From Pseudomonadota bacterium (GTDB lineage: Bacteria; Pseudomonadota; Alphaproteobacteria; Rhizobiales; Xanthobacteraceae): a stretch of 64,000 nt of DNA. Under the pieces are notes generated by a model. The model was not told the origin of the DNA and searched no databases. It worked only from the letters and a program-made list of their open reading frames with translations. Made by a program: the position numbers and the translations under genes. Each line of letters starts with the position of its first letter. Position 1 is the first letter of the stretch. Location: contig JAZKGC010000086.1 of the NCBI GenBank assembly GCA_040386115.1, positions 5,034 to 69,033 on the forward strand, given 5' to 3'. This document shows, piece by piece, positions 18,064 through 26,798 of the stretch.

Positions 18064-19056
18064 ATGACGATTGAAAGTCCGGTCAAAGCCGGCATTGCGA
18101 ACTGGTTCCCCGGAGCGACAGGCATCGCGCGCCTCAGTCAGCTCTCCGGCGGGGCAAGCCAGGAAACCTGGTCGTTCGATGTCTTGCATCCCGAAGGAAG
18201 CATCGGCGCGATCCTTCGCCGCGCACCTGCGGGATATGGCGCTGCGCCGGGGCGCGCCGCAGGGCTTGAGGCTGAGGCCGTTCTCATGCAGCAGGCGCAT
18301 GAAGCGGGGATACCGTCCCCGCGCGTGCGCCATGTGCTGCGCGCGCAGGATGATCTCGGCAGCGGCTTCATCATGAACCGGATCGAAGGCGAAACGATTC
18401 CGAGAAAAATCCTGCGTGACGAGCAATTTGCGCAGGCGCGCATCGTGCTTGCAGGTCAGCTCGGAAAGGCGATCGCCGGGATTCACGCGCTCGACAGGAC
18501 GCGCTTGCCGAAATTGCGAACAATGACGGTCGCTGGCGAAATTAGCGACCTTGCGTCTGAGTACAGATCGTTCGGCTGGCCGCGCCCGGTGTTCGATCTC
18601 GCGTTGCGATGGCTGGGCGACAATGAGCCGCCGCCATCCGACGTCGTGACGCTGGTGCACGGCGATTTCCGTCACGGCAATCTCATCGTCGGCCCGGAAG
18701 GAATTCGCGCTGTGCTCGATTGGGAGCTCGCTCACTTCGGCGATCCGATGGAGGATCTCGGCTGGATCAGCGTCAATTCGTGGCGCTTCGGCGAGATCGA
18801 CAGGCCGGTCGGCGGCTTCGGCACGCGTGAGGATTTGTTCGCGGCTTATGAAGCAGCATCCGGCCGCCGCGTCGATGTGGCGCGCGTCATGTTCTGGGAG
18901 GTGCTTGGGACATTGCGATGGGGCGTGATGTGCTGCGGCATGATGCAGCGCTTCCGCGCCGGCCCTGATCATTCAATGGAGCGCGCCATGATCGGCCGCC
19001 GCGCATCGGAAACGGAAATCGATCTTTTGCGGCTGCTGGCACCGCGGCGCGCATGA
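18064..19056 (+). CDS. APH-family phosphotransferase, LvaA / ACAD10-11 kinase-domain-like
   Basis: LSGGASQETW, HGDFRHGN (Brenner motif), LDWE, GDPMEDL. Confidence 0.85.
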   Translation: MTIESPVKAGIANWFPGATGIARLSQLSGGASQETWSFDVLHPEGSIGAILRRAPAGYGAAPGRAAGLEAEAVLMQQAHEAGIPSPRVRHVLRAQDDLGSGFIMNRIEGETIPRKILRDEQFAQARIVLAGQLGKAIAGIHALDRTRLPKLRTMTVAGEISDLASEYRSFGWPRPVFDLALRWLGDNEPPPSDVVTLVHGDFRHGNLIVGPEGIRAVLDWELAHFGDPMEDLGWISVNSWRFGEIDRPVGGFGTREDLFAAYEAASGRRVDVARVMFWEVLGTLRWGVMCCGMMQRFRAGPDHSMERAMIGRRASETEIDLLRLLAPRRA

Positions 19057-19122
19057 CGCCGAAAAGCATGCCCTCGGGCTCGACCCGAAGATGTGCAGCG
19101 GTTTTCGGGCAACGTCATGCGC
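19049..19122. repeat. Palindromic repeat family A copy 2, with an internal hairpin insert
   Basis: GCGCATGACGCCGAAAAG...CGGTTTTCGGGCAACGTCATGCGC; contains the TGA stop of the kinase gene. Confidence 0.75.
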
Positions 19123-19143
19123 CAGTAAATTGAGGGACTTGAG

Positions 19144-19518
19144 ATGCAGGATCAACCCACCCCCGTTGAACTCATCACCGCGGTGACGGAGTTTCTTCGC
19201 GCCGATGTCGCGCCGCAGCTCTCCGGGCACAGTGCATTCAAGCTGCGCGTCGCGATGAATGCACTCGATCTCGTGGCGCGTCAGCTCACGCTCGAACCGC
19301 AGAGCGACGCCGCCGAAGCGGAGCGCCTGTCAAAGCTGCTCGGCGCATCCGGGTCGCTGGGAGACCTCAACCGCATGCTGTCGGCGCGCATCGCCGGCGG
19401 CGAAGCGGATTTCACGACGCCAGGTCTCACCGAGCATGTCTGGCAGACGACAATGGACAAGCTCGCCATCGATCAGCCGAACTATGCGGCCTATCGCCGC
19501 GAAAGCGAGAAGCGCTAG
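19144..19518 (+). CDS. DUF6285-type small helical protein, LvaB-like kinase partner
   Basis: MQDQPT..ELI.AV.EFL, F.LRVA.NAL, KLAIDQP.Y motifs; follows the APH kinase. Confidence 0.75.
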   Translation: MQDQPTPVELITAVTEFLRADVAPQLSGHSAFKLRVAMNALDLVARQLTLEPQSDAAEAERLSKLLGASGSLGDLNRMLSARIAGGEADFTTPGLTEHVWQTTMDKLAIDQPNYAAYRRESEKR

Positions 19519-19520
19519 CG

Positions 19521-20300
19521 TTACTTCCCCTTCCACTGCGGCGGGCGTTTTTCCGCGAACGCCTTCGGGCCTTCGATGTAATCCTCGGATGCTGCCAGTG
19601 CGCGGACCGCGGGATAGTCGAACTGCTCGGCGAGCGCCTGTTCGAGCGACACGCCGAGGCCGCGATGCATGGTTTGCTTCGAGGCGCGTATCGACATCGG
19701 GCCGTTCTGCAGAATCATTTTTGCCCAGCGCTCCGCCCCCGCCAGCGCTTCGCCAGCGGGGACTACTTCATTGATGAAGCCGAGTTCAAGTCCTTCGCGC
19801 GCCGGGACGTGACGTCCGGTCAGGATCATGCCCATGGCGCGCTTCAAGCCGATCAGGCGCGGCAGCCGATGCAGTCCGCCGGCGAGCGCGGCGAGGCCGA
19901 CACGCGGCTCAGGCAGGGCGAATGTTGCATTCTCTGACGCGATAATCAGGTCGCAGGCCAGTGCGATCTCGAAGCCACCGCCCATCGCAACGCCATTGAC
20001 GGCGGCGATGATCGGCTTGTCGCAATTGAAACGATGGGTCAGCCCCGCAAAGCCGCTGGTGTCCCAGCCGCGCTGGCCGCCTGCCGCCTGCCATTTCAGG
20101 TCGTTGCCTGCGGAGAACGCCCTGTCACCTGCGCCGGTGACAATGGCAATCCATTGATCCGGATCTTTGCTGAAATCGTCGAACAAGCTATGCAGTTCAA
20201 AGTGCATCGGCGAATGCACCGCGTTCATCACCTCGGGGCGATTGAGCGTGACGATGGTGAGTGGACCTTTGCGTTCGACCTTGGCGAATTCGTAAACCAT
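19521..20300 (-). CDS. Enoyl-CoA hydratase (canonical crotonase)
   Basis: FSAGNDL, GGGFEIALACD, LPEPRVG (both catalytic Glu present); ATG at 20300. Confidence 0.88.
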   Translation of the reverse strand: MVYEFAKVERKGPLTIVTLNRPEVMNAVHSPMHFELHSLFDDFSKDPDQWIAIVTGAGDRAFSAGNDLKWQAAGGQRGWDTSGFAGLTHRFNCDKPIIAAVNGVAMGGGFEIALACDLIIASENATFALPEPRVGLAALAGGLHRLPRLIGLKRAMGMILTGRHVPAREGLELGFINEVVPAGEALAGAERWAKMILQNGPMSIRASKQTMHRGLGVSLEQALAEQFDYPAVRALAASEDYIEGPKAFAEKRPPQWKGK

Positions 20301-20383
20301 CTGTTTTCCTGTTTCGTTGCGTTGCAGCACCGGCAACTTCTATTTGGCGGCAATCTGACTGCAAAAAGCGCGGCCCACAATAA

Positions 20384-20424
20384 TTAATTAAGCGCTTGAC
20401 TAAGTTCGCTGGCCTTCCCCTAAT
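20384..20424 (+). promoter_or_regulatory. Palindromic operator overlapping a sigma70-like promoter
   Basis: TTAATTAAGCGCTTGACTAA (16/20 symmetric) overlaps TTGACT(-35)-N17-CCTAAT(-10) upstream of the ACAD gene. Confidence 0.55.
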
Positions 20425-20506
20425 TCGACGTTCCATCGTCCGGGCTCTGTGTGAACGCGACGATGCAAGAAGCAAAAAATTTGGGATGAACGACCGGAGT
20501 TGAGCG

Positions 20507-21805
20507 TTGGATTTCTCATTACCCGTCGATCTGACCGCTTATCTCGCAGACCTCGATCGTTTCATCGATCGCCAGATCAGGCCGCTGGAAAATCAGGATG
20601 ATAACCAGCGGTTTTTCGATCATCGGCGCGAATGGGCACGAACGGATTTCGACAATGGCGGTCTTCCGCGCCACGAATGGGAAGACCTGCTGCGTCAGGC
20701 GAAGAACCTCGCCGACGAAGCCGGCCATCTGCGCTTTGCCATTCCGTCGCGCTACGGCGGCAAGGACGGCTCGAACCTCTGGATGGCTGTGATCCGCGAG
20801 CATTTCGCGGCCAAGGGACTGGGCCTGCACAACGATCTGCAGAACGAACATTCGATCGTCGGAAATTTTCCGCTGGTCACCATGCTGGACCGCTATGGAC
20901 GCGACGACCAGAAGGCGATGATCGAGGGCGCGATCACCGGCAAGTACCGCATCACGTTTGGCCTGACCGAACCGGAGCACGGATCGGACGCTACCCATAT
21001 GGAGACCACGGCGGTTCAGACGATGCGCGACGGTGTCGCGGGATGGGCGATCAACGGCGAGAAGATGTGGACGACCGGCATGCATGTCGCGACCCATTGC
21101 GCGACCTTCGCCCGCACGTCGGGCAACGACGGCGACGCGCGCGGCATCACCTGCTTTCTGGTGCCTGCTCATGCCAAGGGAGTGAAGGTCGAAGAGTATC
21201 TATGGACTTTCAATATGCCGACCGATCATCCGCGCGTCAGCTTCACGGATGTCTTCGTGCCGGACGCTGCGCTGTTCGGCGAGGTCGGACGCGGGTTGTC
21301 ACTGGCGCAATGTTTCGTGCATGAGAACCGGATTCGTCAGGCCGCAAGTTCGCTCGGGGCTGCGGTGTATTGTATCGAGGAAAGTGTGCGTTACGCGCGC
21401 GAGCGCAAGCCGTTCGGCCATGCGCTGTCGGAGAATCAGGCGATCCAGTGGCCGCTGGTTGAGCTTGCGACGCAGGCCGAAATGCTGCGGCTGCTGATCC
21501 GCAAGACGGCATGGGAAATGGACAAGATGACCCAGGCCGAGGTCGAGCATCGTCTCTCCGACAAGGTCTCGATGTGCAATTTCTGGGCGAACCGGCTGTG
21601 CTGCGAAGCGGCGGATCGCGCCATGCAGGTCCACGGCGGCATGGGGTATTCGCGGCACAAGCCGTTTGAACATATCTATCGGCATCATCGCCGCTATCGC
21701 ATCACCGAAGGCAGCGAGGAAATTCAGAAGCGAAAGGTTGCGGGCTTTCTGTTCGGCTACATGGGCGTGGGAAAGCGCGCGGATGGAGACACAAAAGACC
21801 GCTAA
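20507..21805 (+). CDS. Acyl-CoA dehydrogenase family protein, LvaC-like
   Basis: FGLTEPEHGSDA, NGEKMWTT, QVHGGMGYS, RITEGSEEIQ; TTG start after GGAG. Confidence 0.88.
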   Translation: MDFSLPVDLTAYLADLDRFIDRQIRPLENQDDNQRFFDHRREWARTDFDNGGLPRHEWEDLLRQAKNLADEAGHLRFAIPSRYGGKDGSNLWMAVIREHFAAKGLGLHNDLQNEHSIVGNFPLVTMLDRYGRDDQKAMIEGAITGKYRITFGLTEPEHGSDATHMETTAVQTMRDGVAGWAINGEKMWTTGMHVATHCATFARTSGNDGDARGITCFLVPAHAKGVKVEEYLWTFNMPTDHPRVSFTDVFVPDAALFGEVGRGLSLAQCFVHENRIRQAASSLGAAVYCIEESVRYARERKPFGHALSENQAIQWPLVELATQAEMLRLLIRKTAWEMDKMTQAEVEHRLSDKVSMCNFWANRLCCEAADRAMQVHGGMGYSRHKPFEHIYRHHRRYRITEGSEEIQKRKVAGFLFGYMGVGKRADGDTKDR

Positions 21806-21873
21806 ATCATTCAATGGCTATTCACGAAGAAGCGAACAATCGTTCGTGAAGTAAAGTTTTCTGGGAGAAAACA

Positions 21874-22689
21874 ATGCGTGGCTGCAAATCCGGCCGTTCG
21901 GACCGGTTCATGCTCATCAGTTCGGAGCGCGTGTTTTATGCGGGGCTGCACGGCAAGCCTTCGCTGCGGACGCTGGGCGCGCTTGCGATCTGCGTTCCCC
22001 TGACGGGCACGGCGCGGCTTGAGATCGCAGGGCAACAGCCGCGCACCGGCGAAATTCTTGCCGTCCCGGCCTATGTCGCGCACAAGATCACGTCGGACTC
22101 CCGGAGCGTGCTGGGGCTTCTCATCGAGCCTGAATCGGTCTGCGACGAAGACCTCGCCGAGATCATCCGGCAATGCGACGATCCGGTGGCGGCCAGCGGC
22201 CTTGCGGCGCGGTTCCGCGACATCTACGCGACGATGGCGCTCGGCGGCACCAACGGCTTCACTTCGGTTGATTTCGACCAGATATTCCTTCAGCGCCGTC
22301 TGAAGCCACGCGATCTCGATGCGCGAATTTCGACAGTCTTTGCGAGGCTCCAGACCAAACCGTCCAGCAGTATCTCCGGCGAAGACTGCGCCAACGACGT
22401 CAAGCTGTCGCTGTCGCGTTTCCTGCATCTTTTCAAAGACGAAACCAACATGAACTTCAGGACGTTTCGCGCCTGGAAGCGCGGGCGCAACGTGCTGCAT
22501 CACGTCAATGTCGAGCGAAACCTCGCGCATTTCGCGCTCGATGCGGGTTATCCGGATTCCACCCATTTCAGCCACTCGCTGCGCCGTATTTACGGCCTTC
22601 AGCCAAGCGCGATTTTTTCCGGCTCGCGGCGGTTGCAGATCATCAGCGGCAGGGACGTCGCAAACGAAGTGATTGGAATGCGGGCTTAA
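21874..22689 (+). CDS. AraC family transcriptional regulator
   Basis: LSLSRFLHLFK and ALDAGYPDSTHFSHS double HTH. Confidence 0.88.
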   Translation: MRGCKSGRSDRFMLISSERVFYAGLHGKPSLRTLGALAICVPLTGTARLEIAGQQPRTGEILAVPAYVAHKITSDSRSVLGLLIEPESVCDEDLAEIIRQCDDPVAASGLAARFRDIYATMALGGTNGFTSVDFDQIFLQRRLKPRDLDARISTVFARLQTKPSSSISGEDCANDVKLSLSRFLHLFKDETNMNFRTFRAWKRGRNVLHHVNVERNLAHFALDAGYPDSTHFSHSLRRIYGLQPSAIFSGSRRLQIISGRDVANEVIGMRA

Positions 22690-23348
22690 GTTGCCGCCGG
22701 GACGCGTGCAGCGACGCCTTGCTCGGCGCCGGCGCGGTCCTGTGATGCGATGGCTTTGCGGAATCCGTCGCGTTGCTTGAGCCGTTCCCAATAAGCAGCG
22801 ACAGCCGGAGTAAACTGGGCGGATAGTCCATTGGATTGTGCAAACATCAACGCGTATCCGACGGAAATGTCTGCGGCAGTGAAACGCCCGGCGCAGACCG
22901 TGCCCGATTCGGAAACCGCGGTTTCGAGCGCCCGCAGCCGGGCCAGAAACCAGCGCGCATAGTCGGCGGCGGCTTGCGGGTTCTTGCGCTCATCCGGCTC
23001 GAGCTGCGAATAACGGAAGTAGATGGTCTGCGGAAAGGTCAGCGTCGTTTCGCCGAAGAATAGCCAGTTCAGATAAGAACCATAGGCGGGTTCATCGACC
23101 GAGACGTTCAGCGGCGTCGGTCCGTACTTCGTCACGAGATAGTGACACATTGCGGAGGATTCGGTCATCCGCGTATCGCCATCGATCAGCAGCGGGATGG
23201 TGCCCAGCGGATTGAGTTCGAGATACTCGCGCTTCAGGAAGCGCGGCGGGAAAGGCAGCATTTTCAGGTCGTAGGGAATGCCGAGTTCTTCCAGCGTCCA
23301 CAAGGGCCGGAACGAACGCGCACTGGCGCAATGGAAAAGTGTCAGCAT
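22686..23348 (-). CDS. Glutathione S-transferase
   Basis: LNPLGTIP, TESSAM, FTAADI. Confidence 0.9.
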   Translation of the reverse strand: MLTLFHCASARSFRPLWTLEELGIPYDLKMLPFPPRFLKREYLELNPLGTIPLLIDGDTRMTESSAMCHYLVTKYGPTPLNVSVDEPAYGSYLNWLFFGETTLTFPQTIYFRYSQLEPDERKNPQAAADYARWFLARLRALETAVSESGTVCAGRFTAADISVGYALMFAQSNGLSAQFTPAVAAYWERLKQRDGFRKAIASQDRAGAEQGVAARVPAAT

Positions 23349-23406
23349 CGATGAATTCCTGTTGGCCGTGTCAGCAGCCTGAATGACCTGATTTCGCAGC
23401 CATTGT

Positions 23407-24558
23407 CTAGTGCTCCGGCAGCGTGCCCATGAGTTTGCACAGCACGCTGAGCATCACTTCGTCCGCACCGCCGCCGATTGAGGTCAGGCGCCGGTCGCGG
23501 TAGGCGCGACTCACGCGGGTTTCGTTCATGAAGCCCATGCCGCCCCAGTATTGCAGGCAGGCGTCAGGGAGTTCGCGGCCGAGCCGTCCGGCTTTCAATT
23601 TCGCCATGGTCGCCAGCGTGGTGACGTCCTCGCCCGCAATGTATTTCTCGCAGGCGCGATAGGTCAGCGCGCGCAGCAATTCGACCTCGGTTTGCAGTTC
23701 GGCAAGGCGGAAATGAATCACCTGATTATCGAGCAGCGGTTTCCCGAACGCCTTACGCGCGCGGGTGTATTCGATGGTCTCGGTAATGGTGCGCTCATGC
23801 GACTTGAGACAGGCGGCGGCCGCCCATAGCCGTTCTTCCTGGAATTGCAGCATCTGGTAGGTGAAGCCCTTGCCTTCTTCGCCGATGCGGTTGCGCTTCG
23901 GCACCCGCACGTCGGTGAAATGAATCTCCGCTGTGTCCGAGCAATGCATGCCGAGCTTGTCGAGCTTGCGCGCGACCTCGACGCCCTTGGTTTTCATCGG
24001 CAAGCAGATCAGCGATTTGTTGCGGTGAACCGGGCCTTCGCCGGTGTTCGCCAAGAGACACATCCAGTCGGCCTGTGTTCCGTTGGTAATCCACATCTTG
24101 CCGCCGTTGATGACGTAGTCGTCGCCGTCCGGGCGGGCCGTGGTCTTGATTGAGGCGACATCGGAGCCGGCACCGGGCTCGGAGACGCCGATGCAGGCCA
24201 CGTAATCGCCGGCAATCGACGGCGCGAGAAACTCCCGCTTCATTTCGTCCGAGCCGAACCGCGCCAGCGCGGGCGTCGCCATGTCGGTCTGCACGCCGAT
24301 CGACATTCCGACGCCGCCGGCATTGATGCCGCCGAGTTCCTCGGCCATCACCATGCCGTAGCTGTAATCGAGGCCGGCGCCGCCGTATTCAACCGGCTTG
24401 CACAGGCCGAGCAGGCCAAGCTCGCCGAGCTTCTTGAACACCTCATGCGCCGGATAGATTTCATCGCGCTCCCATTGATCGACGAACGGATTGACCTCGT
24501 TCTTGATGAATTGCTGCATGGTGCGGCGGATGGCGTCGTGTTCCTGAGTGAATTGCAT
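23407..24558 (-). CDS. atuD: Citronellyl-CoA dehydrogenase-like acyl-CoA dehydrogenase
   Basis: MSIGVQTDM.TPALARFGSDE, IGVSEPGAGSDVA, QMLQFQEERL, SIGGGADE, as I recall them in Pseudomonas AtuD; near atuC/atuF-like genes. Confidence 0.8.
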   Translation of the reverse strand: MQFTQEHDAIRRTMQQFIKNEVNPFVDQWERDEIYPAHEVFKKLGELGLLGLCKPVEYGGAGLDYSYGMVMAEELGGINAGGVGMSIGVQTDMATPALARFGSDEMKREFLAPSIAGDYVACIGVSEPGAGSDVASIKTTARPDGDDYVINGGKMWITNGTQADWMCLLANTGEGPVHRNKSLICLPMKTKGVEVARKLDKLGMHCSDTAEIHFTDVRVPKRNRIGEEGKGFTYQMLQFQEERLWAAAACLKSHERTITETIEYTRARKAFGKPLLDNQVIHFRLAELQTEVELLRALTYRACEKYIAGEDVTTLATMAKLKAGRLGRELPDACLQYWGGMGFMNETRVSRAYRDRRLTSIGGGADEVMLSVLCKLMGTLPEH

Positions 24559-24585
24559 ATCGTTTCCTGAAGTTTCTAAAAATTC

Positions 24586-25746
24586 TCAAAGTCCCATCTG
24601 GCGGCTGGCGAGATCTTTCATGATCTCTTCGGTGCCGCCGCCGATGGCATTGACCTTCACTTCGCGGTAGATGCGCTCGACCTTCGGTCCGCGTATGAAT
24701 CCCGCGCCGCCGAAAATCTGCACGGCTTCGGAGGCGCAGAACGCCAGCGTTTGTGTCGCCTGATTCTTGCACATGCAGACTTCTGCGACCGGATTCTCGC
24801 CTTGCTCCAGACGCCAGATCAGCATTTCCAGCATCGCCTGCGTCGCTGCCACACGCTGCGCCATGTCCACAATCTTGTGGCGAATGACCTGATGTTCGGT
24901 GAGACGCTTGCCGAATGTTTTCCGCTCGCGTGCATAGGCAATCGCGTCGTCTAGGCAGACCCGCGCCGACGCCACGCATCCCGCGGCCATCCCCAGCCGT
25001 TCGCTGTTAAAATTCTTCATGATGATTCGAAAGCCGGCATTTTCCTGGCCGATCAGGTGTCCAACCGGCACACGGCAATTGTCGAAATACAATGTCGCGG
25101 TGTCGGAGGCCCACCAGCCCATCTTCTTCAGCGGCGTGCGCGAGAAGCCGGGGGTGTCGCGCTCGATTAGCAGAAGACTGACGCCGCCGGCGCCTTCGCC
25201 GCCGGTACGAACGGCCACGGTGTAATAGTCCGCGCGCATCCCGGAGGTAATGAACGTCTTCTCGCCCTTGACGATGTAGTGGTCGCCGTCGCGTTTGGCG
25301 GTCGTTTGAAGGTTGGCCACGTCGGAACCGCCACCCGGTTCGGTGATCGCGAGCGCGGAGATTTTCTCGCCGCTCAGAATTTCGGGCAGCACGCGCGCTT
25401 TCAGTTCATCCGAGCCGCCATAGACGATGGGCGGCGCGCCGATGGTGTGGCTCTTGAGGCTGGCGCTGACGCCGCCGGAGCCTGCGCGCGCCAGCTCCTG
25501 CGCCGCGATCATCGACATGAAACGATCGCAGGGCGTGCCGCCATATTGTTCCGGAAAGCCCATCCCCAGAATGCCAAGCTTGGCGGCCTTCACGTAAAGT
25601 TCGCGGGGAAATTCCCCGGCCTCATCCCATTGCGCTGCAAACGGCTCGATCTCCGTCGCCACAAAGCGCCGCATCACGTCGCGAAATGCCTCGTGTTCCG
25701 GGGTGAGAAAGGGGCTCGCCGTGGCAAGCTGTTCCGGGGCGTTCAT
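24586..25746 (-). CDS. Acyl-CoA dehydrogenase (long-chain type)
   Basis: AITEPGGGSDVA, GEKTFIT, QIFGGAG, IGGGTEEIMK; ATG 25746 with GGAGGA RBS. Confidence 0.9.
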   Translation of the reverse strand: MNAPEQLATASPFLTPEHEAFRDVMRRFVATEIEPFAAQWDEAGEFPRELYVKAAKLGILGMGFPEQYGGTPCDRFMSMIAAQELARAGSGGVSASLKSHTIGAPPIVYGGSDELKARVLPEILSGEKISALAITEPGGGSDVANLQTTAKRDGDHYIVKGEKTFITSGMRADYYTVAVRTGGEGAGGVSLLLIERDTPGFSRTPLKKMGWWASDTATLYFDNCRVPVGHLIGQENAGFRIIMKNFNSERLGMAAGCVASARVCLDDAIAYARERKTFGKRLTEHQVIRHKIVDMAQRVAATQAMLEMLIWRLEQGENPVAEVCMCKNQATQTLAFCASEAVQIFGGAGFIRGPKVERIYREVKVNAIGGGTEEIMKDLASRQMGL

Positions 25747-25911
25747 CGCGATCCTCCATACCGGAGTTTTATGGCGCGTTCGGGCAGCCACGACTTGCGT
25801 TAAGCCGTCACGAGCCGGGAATTGTGACGACGCCAGCTAGTTTTCACAAGACATCACCTGGTCCTGGCCCCTAGCGTTTGGCCATGTTTCCAGACCCAAA
25901 CCGAGGCTCCA

Positions 25912-26778
25912 ATGACCGATAAAGCCGTCGTCACCTGTGCGCTGAACGGCGTCCTGACCGATCCAAAGCAACACAATGTCCCGGTGACGCCGGAGCAGAT
26001 GGCGCGGGAGGCGAAAGCTGCGTTCGACGCCGGGGCGTCGGTCATGCATATGCATCTGCGTCGGCAGGAGCCTGACAAGGGCCACATGCCGTCGTGGGAC
26101 GTGAATCTGTCCAGGGAAGTGCAGCAGGCCATCCGCGAAGCGTGTCCCGGCGTCATCATCAATCACACCACCGGCGTCAGCGGGCCGAATTATCAGGGCG
26201 CGCTCGACTGCGTGCGGGAGACCACGCCGGAAATGGCGGCCTGCAATGCCGGCTCGCTGAATTATCTGAAGGTCAAGGCCGACGGCACCTGGGCGTGGCC
26301 GCCGCATGTGTTCGACAACGCGCCGGACAAGATCCAGAAATATCTCGACGTGATGAAAGTGGCGAAGTCGCTGCCGGAGTTCGAGTGTTTCGACGTCGGC
26401 ATCGTGCGCAGTGTCGCGATGTACCGGCAGACCGGCATGTATTCCGGGCCGCTGGAATACAACTTCGTCATGGGCGTCGCGTCCGGCATGCCGGCCGATC
26501 CTGACCTGTTGCCAATCCTGCTGAAACTGAAATTGCCGGAAGCCAACTGGAGCGTCACCGCCATCGGCCGCGCGGAAATCTGGCCGCTGCATCTGCGCTG
26601 TGCCGAGCTTGGCGGGCATTTGCGCACCGGCCTCGAAGATACATTCTACCGGCCCGACGGCAGCAAGGTGACGTCGAACGGCCAGCTGATCGAATCGATC
26701 GTGGCCTGCGCGCGGCAGGCTGGTCGCGAGATCGCGTCACCTGCTGAGGCGCGGAAAATTCTCAAGCTGATGCAGTGA
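25912..26778 (+). CDS. Beta-keto acid cleavage enzyme (BKACE/DUF849) 1
   Basis: TCALNG, P.TPEQ, HMHLR metal motif, GSLNY, RTGLED. Confidence 0.88.
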   Translation: MTDKAVVTCALNGVLTDPKQHNVPVTPEQMAREAKAAFDAGASVMHMHLRRQEPDKGHMPSWDVNLSREVQQAIREACPGVIINHTTGVSGPNYQGALDCVRETTPEMAACNAGSLNYLKVKADGTWAWPPHVFDNAPDKIQKYLDVMKVAKSLPEFECFDVGIVRSVAMYRQTGMYSGPLEYNFVMGVASGMPADPDLLPILLKLKLPEANWSVTAIGRAEIWPLHLRCAELGGHLRTGLEDTFYRPDGSKVTSNGQLIESIVACARQAGREIASPAEARKILKLMQ

Positions 26779-26798
26779 CGGCGTAAACGGGTCCACAT

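Noticed and set aside
21833-21846. CGAAC-N4-GTTCG resembles a Gram-positive LexA box
   Set aside because: Alphaproteobacterial LexA binds GTTC-N7-GTTC direct repeats, and there is no SOS gene context.
24560-24592. Possible 10-bp stop echo after the ACAD gene (minus strand CTTTGAGAAT/TTTTAGAAAC)
   Set aside because: Too short and too AT-rich to distinguish from chance.
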